This document shows, piece by piece, positions 53,861 through 63,205 of a DNA stretch of 64,000 nt. The notes below the pieces were generated by a model. The model did not search any database, had not been told where the DNA came from, and saw nothing but the letters and a program-made list of their open reading frames with translations. The first letter of the stretch is position 1; every line of letters starts with the position of its first letter. This DNA is from a virus (lineage: Duplodnaviria; Caudoviricetes): positions 1 to 64,000 of IMG/VR virus record IMGVR_UViG_3300045391_002348. One strand, written 5' to 3'. The position numbers and the translations under genes were made by a program.

Positions 53861-55555
53861 TTAGACAAGCCACTCGCGCCACGTGTCTCCGTTGATCAGG
53901 GCTGCCATATCGATCTTCTTCCTGAGAGCCTCAATGATCTTTTCCTCCACTGTGTCTCTTGTTATCATGTCGATGTACGCCACTGCCTTCATCTTTCCTA
54001 CGGCCTTACAGCGCTCCTCACTTTGTTGTCTATGATCGAGGTTATTTCGTGAAGAATAGTAGACGCACAGATCGGCCACTGACCAGTCTCGTCCCCTCCC
54101 TCCGGCGTCCGGTGTAGATACCATGAACCGGCACCCCGACTCGGTCCTGAACCGAACCTCCTCGCTCTCCCTCACCCCGACGTTCCCGCCCCAGAACCTT
54201 GCCACGCTTCCCTCCCCGAACTCGTCGGTGAGAGCCATGGACACCTTCTGAACGCTGTAGTCGTAGCTGCACCAGACGATCGCCTTGCCCTCGTAATTCC
54301 GGAGGAGCTTCACCAGCTCCGCGGTCCTCCTCTCCGGTATGAAATGCTTCTTGCCGTCGTCGTCTACCGTGTACCCGCAGAGGACCTGGTGGAGCCTGAG
54401 CATCTGGGTGATGACGTGGGTCGCTGTAACGAAGTCTTGCCCCGAGATGAGAGCGACCGCCTCGGCCTTCAGTTCTTTGTAGATGCGCTGCTGGTCCGGC
54501 GACATGCTGACGTCCCAGAAGGAGTAGTCGCTCGCCGGCATGTCATAGCAATCCTCCAGCCGGACGCGGAAGGAGTGCGGTGCTATCTTGTCGTGGAGCT
54601 CGGCCTCGTTCTTGTAGGTCTTCACGATGGGGATGGTCTGCACGTACCCCCCGAGCCGCGTGATAGCCTCGATCGTCCCCTGACGGTCTACCCCCTCCAC
54701 CCAGGTCTCGATCCACTGCTTCAGGGCCAGAGGAGACATCGCATTCACGTTCAGGGTGGGATCGAGGGTGGCGGCCGTCCTCTTGAGCAGGGCCGGCGGC
54801 CGATAGCGGAGCACCCCAGCCATCCCCTTCAGCTTCCCCTTCAGAACCTGGTTCGGAAGCATGCAGACCTTCTCGACCTCGGCGTAGCGCTCCCGGTAAG
54901 CGACGAAGTTCACAAATCCCAGGATGCGAGGATCGAGGAACCAGAACTGATTGAACAAGTCGAGAGGAGAGCGCGGGGTCGCCAGCCCCGTCAGTATGCG
55001 ACGGTGACTTGCGTGGAGAGCTACCTTCACGCAGAACTTCCCGATGATACTGTCGACCTCCTTCATGATGACGCTCTCGTCGAATACAAACATGCAGCGT
55101 CTCTGATTTAGGAACTCGGTTACAAAGTTTCGGGCCTCCTCCACTGCGCTCAAGGCCTCGGAGTTTATGAGAAGGATGCGCGGACCCTTGTGCTCCATGA
55201 ACACCTGACGTATGTTCTTATCTGCCACCGTCTTGGCCCTCTTACTGACCCAGGGGTATACCCTCCCGGCTCTGTAAATGTCCTCGGGTAGGTCTGCCTT
55301 GATAGCTGCTATCCACGTGAGGTACGCCCCACCCGGAGCTACGACGAGGAGGTCGTCGACCTTCTCCTCTGTGAGGAGCTCGCCCCAGTCGTCTACGACG
55401 ACCTTCGTCTTGCCCGTCCTCATCGCCATGAGGAGCGCGAAGACCTTCCTCCCCCTCATCCTATCAAGAGCCTCCTTCTGGTGGGCTCGGGGCTTCCTAC
55501 GTGATACATAGGGGCCATCTATACCAGTGACGGGAGCGCTAGCATATGTCTGCAC
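53861..55555 (-). CDS. SNF2-like DEAD/H helicase
   Basis: MAMRTGKTK, VFDES, ILTGLATPRSPLDLFNQ, QQSEERC; GGAGGT RBS before GTG. Confidence 0.9.
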   Translation of the reverse strand: MQTYASAPVTGIDGPYVSRRKPRAHQKEALDRMRGRKVFALLMAMRTGKTKVVVDDWGELLTEEKVDDLLVVAPGGAYLTWIAAIKADLPEDIYRAGRVYPWVSKRAKTVADKNIRQVFMEHKGPRILLINSEALSAVEEARNFVTEFLNQRRCMFVFDESVIMKEVDSIIGKFCVKVALHASHRRILTGLATPRSPLDLFNQFWFLDPRILGFVNFVAYRERYAEVEKVCMLPNQVLKGKLKGMAGVLRYRPPALLKRTAATLDPTLNVNAMSPLALKQWIETWVEGVDRQGTIEAITRLGGYVQTIPIVKTYKNEAELHDKIAPHSFRVRLEDCYDMPASDYSFWDVSMSPDQQRIYKELKAEAVALISGQDFVTATHVITQMLRLHQVLCGYTVDDDGKKHFIPERRTAELVKLLRNYEGKAIVWCSYDYSVQKVSMALTDEFGEGSVARFWGGNVGVRESEEVRFRTESGCRFMVSTPDAGGRGRDWSVADLCVYYSSRNNLDHRQQSEERCKAVGKMKAVAYIDMITRDTVEEKIIEALRKKIDMAALINGDTWREWLV

Positions 55556-55977
55556 GGGACGGTAACCTCCGAAGTGTTTTCAAGTCTCATATAAAGTCAG
55601 CTCTGTGGGTCCCCATAGAGAGCTGGGCCGTCAGCGGTCCCGGGATACCCGACAGCCACTACCTGTTCAAGGGAGGTGCCTCGGGCTGGGTAGAGTTCAA
55701 GACCGTGAAGAAGGGGGACAGGGTCCCCACTCTGAAGAAGGAGCAGGCCGCGTGGCTCGGAAGGTACGCCCGCCTCGGCGGCCGCTGCTTCCTGGCAACG
55801 CGCGTCGGAGATGACGAGCTCGTTCTTCACAGTGGGATCGATGCGACACTCGTGAGACAGTCGGGCCTCCGAGAGGCCCGACCACTTGGTCGGTTCTCCG
55901 GAGGCCCACGTGGCTGGAACTGGGCTCATATTGAGCAGTGGCTCAAGCAGCCTCCTTCTCCTCCGCCGGCGACTTGA
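55546..55977 (+). CDS. VRR-NUC (PD-(D/E)XK) nuclease/resolvase
   Basis: GPGIPD...WVEFK...EQAAW...GGRCF; GGGAG RBS. Confidence 0.8.
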   Translation: MSARDGNLRSVFKSHIKSALWVPIESWAVSGPGIPDSHYLFKGGASGWVEFKTVKKGDRVPTLKKEQAAWLGRYARLGGRCFLATRVGDDELVLHSGIDATLVRQSGLREARPLGRFSGGPRGWNWAHIEQWLKQPPSPPPAT

Positions 55978-56815
55978 TCGCGTCCTTGAGTGAGCGGCTG
56001 CCGGGGAACTTCAGCGTGACCCGCTGATCCTCGCCGATCGTGTAGCCGATGCCGCAGTCACGATTGATCATGTAGAGAGCCGTCTTGACATAGCCCTCGT
56101 CCTTGTCGATCTTCTTCGCGATAGCCGCGATGGTGTCGCCGGCGTCTGCTCGGATGAGGACCTTCGCTCGGTCGGTATTCTCACGGACCTGTCCGAAGTC
56201 CTCGACCTTGCCCGGCGGCTTCGTGACCACTCTAGGAGCCCGCTCAGCCCTCTCCGCAGGGGCCTTCTTCACTGCTGACTTCTTCGCTGCCTTCTTCGCC
56301 ATACTTGTATCTCCTTTGTTACTTCCCGGTGCTGAGTTATTGCTCAAAGCAGGGTGCACCCACCTGCTAGTCTTGATGTCCCAACGAGACCCTGGAACAT
56401 GCTGAGACTTCTCTTGCTTTCGCTGGTTCCAGCGCTCAAACTTCTGGTCCTTCTTCCTGGAAGCAGAGGTCCTGATTTCCTCCTCCAACTTCTCACGAGC
56501 TCTCCGGTCGACCTCTGTCTCCGGGTACCTCGCACGAAACCCCTCCTGGGCTGTCATATCCATTGCAGTCGACTTCCCGCTCATTACGGGGTGAGAGCTG
56601 TCTCGCCTCTCCCCCTTCTTGATCCTGAGGAACGGCGGGATCACGTCCCCACAGTTCAAGGCCTGGTCCATGGGGGACATATCTTCGAGGTGCTTGTTCG
56701 GTATGAACTGCCTATGACCCGTGTCCTTCCAGCGGACCTCGGAGACCTCGACGCCGGCGGCCGAGAGCTCGGCCTCCCTACTAGGATCGTACTTCACCCG
56801 CACGCTCTTACCCAC
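55943..56815 (-). CDS. Basic putative DNA-binding protein; internal in-frame start at 56302 (MAKKAAKK)
   Basis: AAGGAGG before GTG 56815 and AAAGGAGA before ATG 56302; TIAAIAKKIDKDEGYVKTAL is HTH-like. Confidence 0.6.
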   Translation of the reverse strand: MGKSVRVKYDPSREAELSAAGVEVSEVRWKDTGHRQFIPNKHLEDMSPMDQALNCGDVIPPFLRIKKGERRDSSHPVMSGKSTAMDMTAQEGFRARYPETEVDRRAREKLEEEIRTSASRKKDQKFERWNQRKQEKSQHVPGSRWDIKTSRWVHPALSNNSAPGSNKGDTSMAKKAAKKSAVKKAPAERAERAPRVVTKPPGKVEDFGQVRENTDRAKVLIRADAGDTIAAIAKKIDKDEGYVKTALYMINRDCGIGYTIGEDQRVTLKFPGSRSLKDAIKSPAEEKEAA

Positions 56816-57134
56816 GGCCGGCCTCCTTGTTAGATCGCAACTTCATCTCTCTACCAAAAACTGTAAGCTCATTATGGATCAGCGTGAGCTTCATCTCATC
56901 CTCGGGGGTAGCCTCGTCGCTCTCCTTCGATATAATCGACATGATACTGGCGAAAATATGCTGGGCCCCCGCCATGAAGGCCATCCTCATATCCTCCCTC
57001 TGATGCTCCGGCAGCGGCCCACTATTCTCCAGGATCATGAGAAGCGATACCCAACCCATCTCGACCAACTTCCCCTCGCTGGCGTACTTATCAGTGATCA
57101 TCTCGACTACTTTGTGAACTCTCTCATCGTCCAT
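56808..57134 (-). CDS. Hypothetical protein
   Basis: MRMAFMAGAQHIF helical motif common in phage proteins. Confidence 0.6.
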   Translation of the reverse strand: MDDERVHKVVEMITDKYASEGKLVEMGWVSLLMILENSGPLPEHQREDMRMAFMAGAQHIFASIMSIISKESDEATPEDEMKLTLIHNELTVFGREMKLRSNKEAGRG

Positions 57135-57184
57135 ATTAAGCCTCTAACTGTTTACTGGGATGTATCAGCGGGTGTAGGTCTTGT

Positions 57185-57550
57185 CTAGTCCTTTCTGAGG
57201 TGGACTACGACCATATCCCGTTGAACTGAGACCGCGACCCTCGCAATTGCTCCGATGAGGGATGATGGTGGACCACTGGTCTCCCCCTCGGCCCGGTTCT
57301 CCCCGAGAGAGTCGACGATGACCTCGATCGTGTCACCATGTTGTAACAGTCGAGAGAGGAGGATGCAGGCGTCGTTCGCCAGAGCTACCATCGAGCCGTC
57401 TCTCTTGAAGCTCGCGCAGAACACCTCCTTCAGGCGTTTGTTCTCGTCGAACCCGAAGGTTGCGAGGATAGTGTGTACACTCCCGGTGCTCTCCATCCAC
57501 TCGACCTTCGACGTGATAGACAGTCGGCGATCCCTTAATTTAGTTCTCAT
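57185..57550 (-). CDS. Stand-alone TSCPD-like (NrdJ C-terminal) domain protein
   Basis: KEVFC...DACILLSRLLQHG...SSLIGAIAR. Confidence 0.6.
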   Translation of the reverse strand: MRTKLRDRRLSITSKVEWMESTGSVHTILATFGFDENKRLKEVFCASFKRDGSMVALANDACILLSRLLQHGDTIEVIVDSLGENRAEGETSGPPSSLIGAIARVAVSVQRDMVVVHLRKD

Positions 57551-57834
57551 TGGCTTCTGAGCTCCTTCATTGCTTTGACAATCCACTCGGAGATGGCGAC
57601 CTCGCTGGACCTACCGATCATATCGAACGGCATGTCTATGATGAGGGTCTTGCCGTCCATTGCGATAGCAAACTTCAAGACCCCGCGCTTGATCCTGGCC
57701 TCCCTGATTTTCTCAGCGAACCTGTCGTCTATCTTCTCCCCGCGCTCGAAGGCCTTCAGCATGAAGGCGATCTTGTCGGCCTGTCGCTTGATCGCGCTGA
57801 TGGGTGAGTGCTTAGTTGTCATCATCTTCCTCAT
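57547..57834 (-). CDS. Hypothetical protein
   Basis: ATGA coupling to the next gene. Confidence 0.55.
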   Translation of the reverse strand: MRKMMTTKHSPISAIKRQADKIAFMLKAFERGEKIDDRFAEKIREARIKRGVLKFAIAMDGKTLIIDMPFDMIGRSSEVAISEWIVKAMKELRSQ

Positions 57835-57892
57835 GGCAGCAAACCCTCCTGGCGTCCCGGATTGTTAGGTGGGTTCAGGGCGATGGTATCAG

Positions 57893-58450
57893 TCACGGAA
57901 CTGCTCTCTGAAGTGGAGGAGATCGGCGAGGGAGGAGAGTGGTCGGGACCGATCGCCGGGACCGCCTGCGGACCTCCCGGGCAATAGGCCAAACGACTGC
58001 CCCGATGAGGAGCCATACCAGGATCATTAGAGGGTACATGAGGACCTCGGCCCGGGTCCTCCCCTGCACGGGCTCTGGCATAGGCCTGTAGGAGACAACG
58101 TAGACGGCGGGGGACGGTAGTGCCTCCCAGGTCTCGACAAATCGACTGGCAACCTCCTGGACAGGCTCTGCAGCCCTCTCCGGTGGAGGGAGGGGCACGA
58201 GCTCGATCCGGGGCATCTCGACCTCCCGCGTCCTGGCCTTGGCGCGGATGGTCTTTGCGCGGGCCTCTCTGGAGACGGAGACCCACAGAAGCTCTCTCTT
58301 GGCGAGCCCTCTCCCCTGGTACCAGCACTTCTTTCCGTCGATGACGCGGTAGGAGTAGCCGTGCCCTCCCGACTTCGTCTGGCAGGGAACCGACGCACTG
58401 GCTGCGAGGGTCGTAGATAGTAGCATCGCGATGACTAGGGCGGTCTTCAT
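57893..58450 (-). CDS. Exported/membrane-anchored protein
   Basis: Signal peptide MKTALVIAMLLSTTLAASA; C...YRVIDGKKCWY; C-terminal TM. Confidence 0.65.
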   Translation of the reverse strand: MKTALVIAMLLSTTLAASASVPCQTKSGGHGYSYRVIDGKKCWYQGRGLAKRELLWVSVSREARAKTIRAKARTREVEMPRIELVPLPPPERAAEPVQEVASRFVETWEALPSPAVYVVSYRPMPEPVQGRTRAEVLMYPLMILVWLLIGAVVWPIAREVRRRSRRSVPTTLLPRRSPPLQRAVP

Positions 58451-58482
58451 GATTATCTCCTGTTGCGGGGGAGTGGGATATA

Positions 58483-58815
58483 CTACTCCGCCGGCGGGTA
58501 GCGGTCCAGGTCCCACTTCTGGATGCGCTCACAGAAGCCGATCGGGGAGAAGTTGAACCCGGAGCGGCAGTTGCGGTTAATGCAGAAGATGTTCGTGCTC
58601 ATACCTCCGCCAGGTCCCTCGTAGAAGCCGTGACTGTGGCAGTCGGGGCACTCGTTCCGGGCGACGATCGAGAACAGGTCCTGGGCTCGCGGCTTCTCCG
58701 GTTTAGGTGGCGGGTTCTTCGTGGCGGGCTTCGGTTTGTGGGTCGCAACTAGGAATACGCAGACCCCGAGAAGTCCGAAGATCGTCGGGATTAGTAAGTC
58801 ATTCGGTGTCATCAC
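58483..58815 (-). CDS. TM + zinc-finger protein
   Basis: N-terminal TM; CPDC...CINRNC. Confidence 0.6.
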   Translation of the reverse strand: MMTPNDLLIPTIFGLLGVCVFLVATHKPKPATKNPPPKPEKPRAQDLFSIVARNECPDCHSHGFYEGPGGGMSTNIFCINRNCRSGFNFSPIGFCERIQKWDLDRYPPAE

Positions 58816-58931
58816 CTATCTCCGTGTTAGTGAAGTTTGTTCTTAGCAGGTAGCTCCTCGATGGTAGCGATCCGGTACTTCGCAATCCTCATCCACTGCG
58901 TCTGATGGTTGCGTCTCTCTTGTTCATTCAG

Positions 58932-59262
58932 TTAGTCCTTTCCAAACCCGCGTGGTAGGTCGACCTCGTCGGCCTCCTCGGCCACCCACTTCGCCTCCTC
59001 GATCGCGTCCCTCAGCCCTTGCGTTATACCATCGATCGAAGAGGTCGCAGACAGCTTCCAACTTCTCTCCCAGAGCGGACGACGATAAATTCTCGGGCTG
59101 GTTGTCCTTCCACTCCTCATACTCCTCCTGAACCCCGCGGAGGTCGCCCTCGGCTGTCTCGATGGCGTCAAGGCACTCCTCCATCTTCTCCAGGGCGGCG
59201 AGGAGCTTCCCCGCCGCGTCGGCCCAGCGAGCTGGGCGAGAGGTCCGCCTAGCCTTTGCCAT
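58932..59262 (-). pseudogene. Coiled-coil protein split by a 1-nt frameshift
   Basis: MAKARR...KLEAVCDL in one frame continues SIDGITQG...DLPRGFGKD in another; span is 3n+1. Confidence 0.6.
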
Positions 59263-59590
59263 GCCAGGTCCTCCCTCCGTCATGGCTGTGAACTCCCTGG
59301 GCGATGACCCTCCGGTCCACGGACCTCCCGGCCACTCTCTCGGCCTGGGCGATCGTCTGACGGGCGAGAGCCGACCCGGTTGCCATGATCCTCCTGTAGA
59401 TGCAGGCGTCGGTCACTCCCGCCCTCTCATCGTCCGGGACACCGTCGAACACGACGGCTCCCTGAGGACCTACGCGGACCCGGACGAGCCGGCTCACGAT
59501 CCTCTTGTCGACGGCGACGAGGACCTTGCGGACCTCGTCGACACGCTCGGACAGGTTCTGGTTCTTCCTCGTTACAGTATCACAGGGCAT
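59249..59590 (-). CDS. Hypothetical protein of the AAA module
   Basis: MPCDT...GVHSHDGGRTWH; AAGGAG RBS. Confidence 0.65.
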   Translation of the reverse strand: MPCDTVTRKNQNLSERVDEVRKVLVAVDKRIVSRLVRVRVGPQGAVVFDGVPDDERAGVTDACIYRRIMATGSALARQTIAQAERVAGRSVDRRVIAQGVHSHDGGRTWHGKG

Positions 59591-59591
59591 G

Positions 59592-60398
59592 TCACACTCC
59601 TTCGAGCTGGATCGCCGGGGCCTTCTTCCTTGCGGGCTTCGTAGGCTTCGGGGCCTGACCGAGGTCTACCGACCGGGCCTTCGTCTTCGGTCTCGCGATG
59701 ACCCTCTCCTCTCCGAGGTCCAGGAAGGAGACCCGCGCCGCCTTGATCTTCTTCATGACCTGAGCGTCGACTTCCAGGGCCGCGTTATCCCCGGCCTTCA
59801 CGATCTTCTTAGCTAACTCCCGGGCAGCCGCGACTGCCTCCTGGACGCGATCCGAGGCCTGCTGAGAGAGCATCGTGCCGAGGCCCTTGGCCCTGACAGC
59901 CGCTGCCCGGATGGCCTCCACGTCCATGTTCTTAACGCCGGCTTCCATGCTCCGGAGGAGGTCGCGGACCTCGCCGCCGATAGCCCTCACGGCCTCGACG
60001 TCGTCTGCCGCGATCCTTCCCGTGAGGACCGAGACCTCCACCCGGCCGAGCTTCGCCTTCGCGTTGAAGGAGGAGGCCTCGGCCTTCGCATTCTGGATCG
60101 CTTCGTATAGCTCCTCGGCCCTGCTCTCCGGGCAGAGGAGACCGAACGCGGACTGGACGCAGACAGAGCGGAGGATAGAGCAGGCCCGGCCCCTAGCCTG
60201 ACGGGCCTCCTCGTGCTCCTTCGGATCGGCGATCACTCGCTCGGTCTCCCACCGGGCGTACTTGCTCCCGTCCTCTCGTGCATGATCCGGGTCCAGTACC
60301 TTCTTCTCATAGTGGACGTTGCCCCGGATCGTGGTGTGAAGGGCGACCAGGAAGCCTGGTCGCAGTGTCTGGGTCTGTATCTTCTCCTTGGTAGTCAT
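59592..60398 (-). CDS. DUF3150-like coiled-coil protein
   Basis: Helical; SAFGLLCP; follows the AAA ATPase. Confidence 0.5.
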   Translation of the reverse strand: MTTKEKIQTQTLRPGFLVALHTTIRGNVHYEKKVLDPDHAREDGSKYARWETERVIADPKEHEEARQARGRACSILRSVCVQSAFGLLCPESRAEELYEAIQNAKAEASSFNAKAKLGRVEVSVLTGRIAADDVEAVRAIGGEVRDLLRSMEAGVKNMDVEAIRAAAVRAKGLGTMLSQQASDRVQEAVAAARELAKKIVKAGDNAALEVDAQVMKKIKAARVSFLDLGEERVIARPKTKARSVDLGQAPKPTKPARKKAPAIQLEGV

Positions 60399-60440
60399 CG
60401 ACTTCCCTCTCGCTGGTTGGGACCCGGGATGTAGCTCAGG

Positions 60441-62036
60441 TCACTTCCGAATGTCCAGTACCCTTCCTCGATTTATTTTCGCTCCGGTCTGGGCGACGGG
60501 AGAGGTCGCCGGCCGGGCTCTCGTAGCGGCCCACGTCCTGAGCTCCTCTATCTTCTCAGCCGCGGTCTTTGCCAGAGGGGTCACGGTCTTCGTAGCCTCG
60601 ATGAGGTCGGCCGTCGTGATCTCCCGGCCCTTATCGGAGAAGGCTGAGAACATCGCGGTCGGGACGAGCTCGGCGACCTCTGAGCCCGTGAAGGTCTCGC
60701 AGCTGGCAGCGACGAGGTCCAGGTCGATCTTCAGCTTGCCCCGACCATGGGACTTCAGAGCGGCCGAGAGGACGCCGACCCGCTCCCGGGTGTTGGGAAG
60801 GTCCACGAACCAGACCTCGTCGAACCGACCCTTCCGGAGGAGCTCGGGCGGGAGGCTCTTGGCATCGTTCGCTGTCGCGATCACGAAGGCCTCTCCCGCT
60901 CTCTCCTGCATCCATGATAGGATCGCCCCGAGAGCGTCGGCGGAGACCCCGCCGTCAGCGGACCCCGAGGTAGCTCCCTGCAGCGACTTCTCAATCTCGT
61001 CGAGCCAGATGACGCAGCGGCCGATGGCCTCGGCGACCTTGAAGACCTTCCGGAGGTTCGTCTCGCTCTCCCCGACGAACTTGGAGCGGAGCGCACCCAG
61101 GTCCAGCCGGAGGAGAGGGACACCCCACGCTGTAGCGACCGCCTTCGCCGTGAGAGACTTGCCGCATCCGGGGACGCCGACGAGGAGTGCGCCGCGGGGG
61201 GCCGGGAGCCCGTAGGCTCTCGCCTTCGCCGAGTAGGCCAGGCGCCTCTCGATGAGCCATGTCTTCAGTAGGTCAAGACCGCCCACTGCGTCCAGCCCTC
61301 CCGGGATGGGGTCGTACCACTCCAGGACCCGCTCCCGAGTGATGACCCTCTTCTTCTCCTGAGCCACGACCGTCGGGTCGATCTTCCTGAGCTGCACGAG
61401 GCTCTTGGAGTAGCAGGCCTGAGCCTCCTCGCCGGAGAGACCTACCGCTGCGTCGATCGCGGCGTCACGCTCTCCGTTCACGAGGCTCGCTCCCTCCACG
61501 GTCTCGAGAACGACGTCCAGTATCTCCCCCATCTCCTCGCGGTCCGGGAGCGGCCACTCGATCACGGTAGCGTGGGCGGCGAGCTCCTCCGGGACCTGCG
61601 AGGAGGGGGATAAGACGATGACCGCCTGCGCCGAGTTCAGCTCCGTCGCGGGGAGGGTGCGGGCGAGGTTGCGGACCCGCCGGACCGTAGACATGGAGGA
61701 GGGGCCTTGCAGCCACGGAGCGAGGTCTCGCATGATCCAGACGTAGCGGTTGAGGAGGTCCGGAGACTTCTTAGAGAACTCCATGACGGCGTCCAGGCAG
61801 CTGTCAGGATCGTTCCCGGCGGACCCCATCCGCTTCGGGTTGCCGGCGAGGTCCTGGACCCCGGCCGCTACGTCCCACGTGACTGTCAGGTAGCTCGCGG
61901 CCGCTGCGGCCGAGGCTAGATAGCCCTCCACGCGGGCCTCCTCCCGGGTCACGATCCAGATGAGGGGGTTGCGGGCTCGGAGGAGGGCCGCGACGTCCGC
62001 GGCGACGATCTGGCTCTTGGTAAGGTTCTCGGTCAT
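60441..62036 (-). CDS. Ycf46-like AAA+ ATPase
   Basis: VGGLDLLKTWL; GVPGCGKS; IWLDEIEK; ATAND...LPPELLRKGRFDE; degenerate N-terminal AAA domain. Confidence 0.88.
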   Translation of the reverse strand: MTENLTKSQIVAADVAALLRARNPLIWIVTREEARVEGYLASAAAAASYLTVTWDVAAGVQDLAGNPKRMGSAGNDPDSCLDAVMEFSKKSPDLLNRYVWIMRDLAPWLQGPSSMSTVRRVRNLARTLPATELNSAQAVIVLSPSSQVPEELAAHATVIEWPLPDREEMGEILDVVLETVEGASLVNGERDAAIDAAVGLSGEEAQACYSKSLVQLRKIDPTVVAQEKKRVITRERVLEWYDPIPGGLDAVGGLDLLKTWLIERRLAYSAKARAYGLPAPRGALLVGVPGCGKSLTAKAVATAWGVPLLRLDLGALRSKFVGESETNLRKVFKVAEAIGRCVIWLDEIEKSLQGATSGSADGGVSADALGAILSWMQERAGEAFVIATANDAKSLPPELLRKGRFDEVWFVDLPNTRERVGVLSAALKSHGRGKLKIDLDLVAASCETFTGSEVAELVPTAMFSAFSDKGREITTADLIEATKTVTPLAKTAAEKIEELRTWAATRARPATSPVAQTGAKINRGRVLDIRK

Positions 62037-62074
62037 GGTAGGTCCTCTCGCTAGGGGGTTGGTGGTGCCCCCAG

Positions 62075-62107
62075 GATGTAGAAGGTCGCCGTGGGATTGT
62101 AAATAGG
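62075..62107 (-). promoter_or_regulatory. Leftward promoter (CCTATTTACA-N17-TACATC)
   Basis: TTTACA -35, 17-nt spacer, T-rich upstream tract. Confidence 0.65.
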
Positions 62108-62115
62108 GTGTCTTG

Positions 62116-62148
62116 AAAAAAGTGGAGGCGACCTTCGCAGCCGCCTCC
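62116..62148 (-). terminator. Intrinsic terminator
   Basis: GGAGGCGGC-TGCGAAG-GTCGCCTCC followed by ACTTTTTT. Confidence 0.75.
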
Positions 62149-62166
62149 TAGAGCCGGTCGAGGACC

Positions 62167-62304
62167 CTATCGCACCTTTATCTGTTTAACCTTCTTCAGC
62201 AGGCTCAGTAGGAACGGAGCTCGGTTGTCGGTCGACATCTCTAGGGCCTCCTGGATGATCTTGATCTGGCCCTCTGATAGCTCGACCCATCTGATCCGTT
62301 TCAT
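62167..62304 (-). CDS. Hypothetical protein (45 aa)
   Basis: GAGGAGGG RBS; MKRIRWVELSEGQIKII. Confidence 0.55.
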   Translation of the reverse strand: MKRIRWVELSEGQIKIIQEALEMSTDNRAPFLLSLLKKVKQIKVR

Positions 62305-62314
62305 GATCCCTCCT

Positions 62315-62470
62315 CTAGTGCATCTCTATCCGCGGGACCACCGGAGCATCGAGTACCTTGACCTCCTCGTGTGAGGAGGCGGCCGTGAGCATCTCCTCCG
62401 CCTGATGTGCGGCCTGGATCAAGAGCCGCTGGGCGAGACGCTCGATCACGGACTTCAAGAATGACTTCAT
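62315..62470 (-). CDS. Hypothetical protein (51 aa)
   Basis: GCGAGAGGAG leader; MKSFLKSVIERLAQRLL. Confidence 0.55.
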   Translation of the reverse strand: MKSFLKSVIERLAQRLLIQAAHQAEEMLTAASSHEEVKVLDAPVVPRIEMH

Positions 62471-62739
62471 GGTTTAGTCTCCTCTCGCTTAGTGCAGGAT
62501 CGCACCCTGGAGCCTCCCGCGGAGGAGAGGCTCGTGGCTGCGTACCTCAGTAGAGCGTATGGTGGTATCCCCAGCCGCACCGCTTGCAGCTCAGGTCGAT
62601 GCAGCCGCTGTTCGGTCCTCGAGAGCGTCCCCGTTCGAGCGATCGAGCTCGATCACATATGGCTTCAAGTTCTTAGCTACGAAGTCACGGTACGGGTTTC
62701 GTCCGGGCTTCAGTTTCGGTGCGGTCGTGGCCTTCCTCT

Positions 62740-63126
62740 TCAGACTAACTGAACGAACTGGTCGCGGCAGAAGTTGGCGAGCCACTGGCGGGCGTTCTGT
62801 CGGTCGTGACCCTCGTAGGCGGCGAGGTAGCTCGCCACGGTCTTGCCGACCATCGCATCGAAGTGCTGAGCTCCGAGGCTCCCCTCCTTCTTGGGGTTGC
62901 CCTTCACGATGGCCGTGATGACCTTCGTCGCCCGGGAGGACCGGACCGCGCCGTTCTTCTTGGCCTTAGTCTCCTCCTTCGGGAGGCGGGCCGCGAGGGC
63001 CTCGCACCGGCGGAGAGCCGCCTTGCGATCCGAGAAGCGGGTCACCGCGGGGGCGCCTAACTTCTTCGCCATCTCGTTGTAAGCGGCCACGAGCTCCGAG
63101 CCCTTCATCTCATTGAACTTAGTCAT
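62740..63126 (-). CDS. Small basic protein, possible DNA-binding
   Basis: GCGAGAGGG leader; ELVAAYNEM...VTRFSDRKAALRRC; GNPKKEGS. Confidence 0.65.
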   Translation of the reverse strand: MTKFNEMKGSELVAAYNEMAKKLGAPAVTRFSDRKAALRRCEALAARLPKEETKAKKNGAVRSSRATKVITAIVKGNPKKEGSLGAQHFDAMVGKTVASYLAAYEGHDRQNARQWLANFCRDQFVQLV

Positions 63127-63205
63127 GGTGTATCCCTCTCGCATGGTTGGGGTTGTTGAGTTAGTACCCTAGAGCCGCCCGCTCGGGGCGGCTCGGAGCT
63201 ACCAA

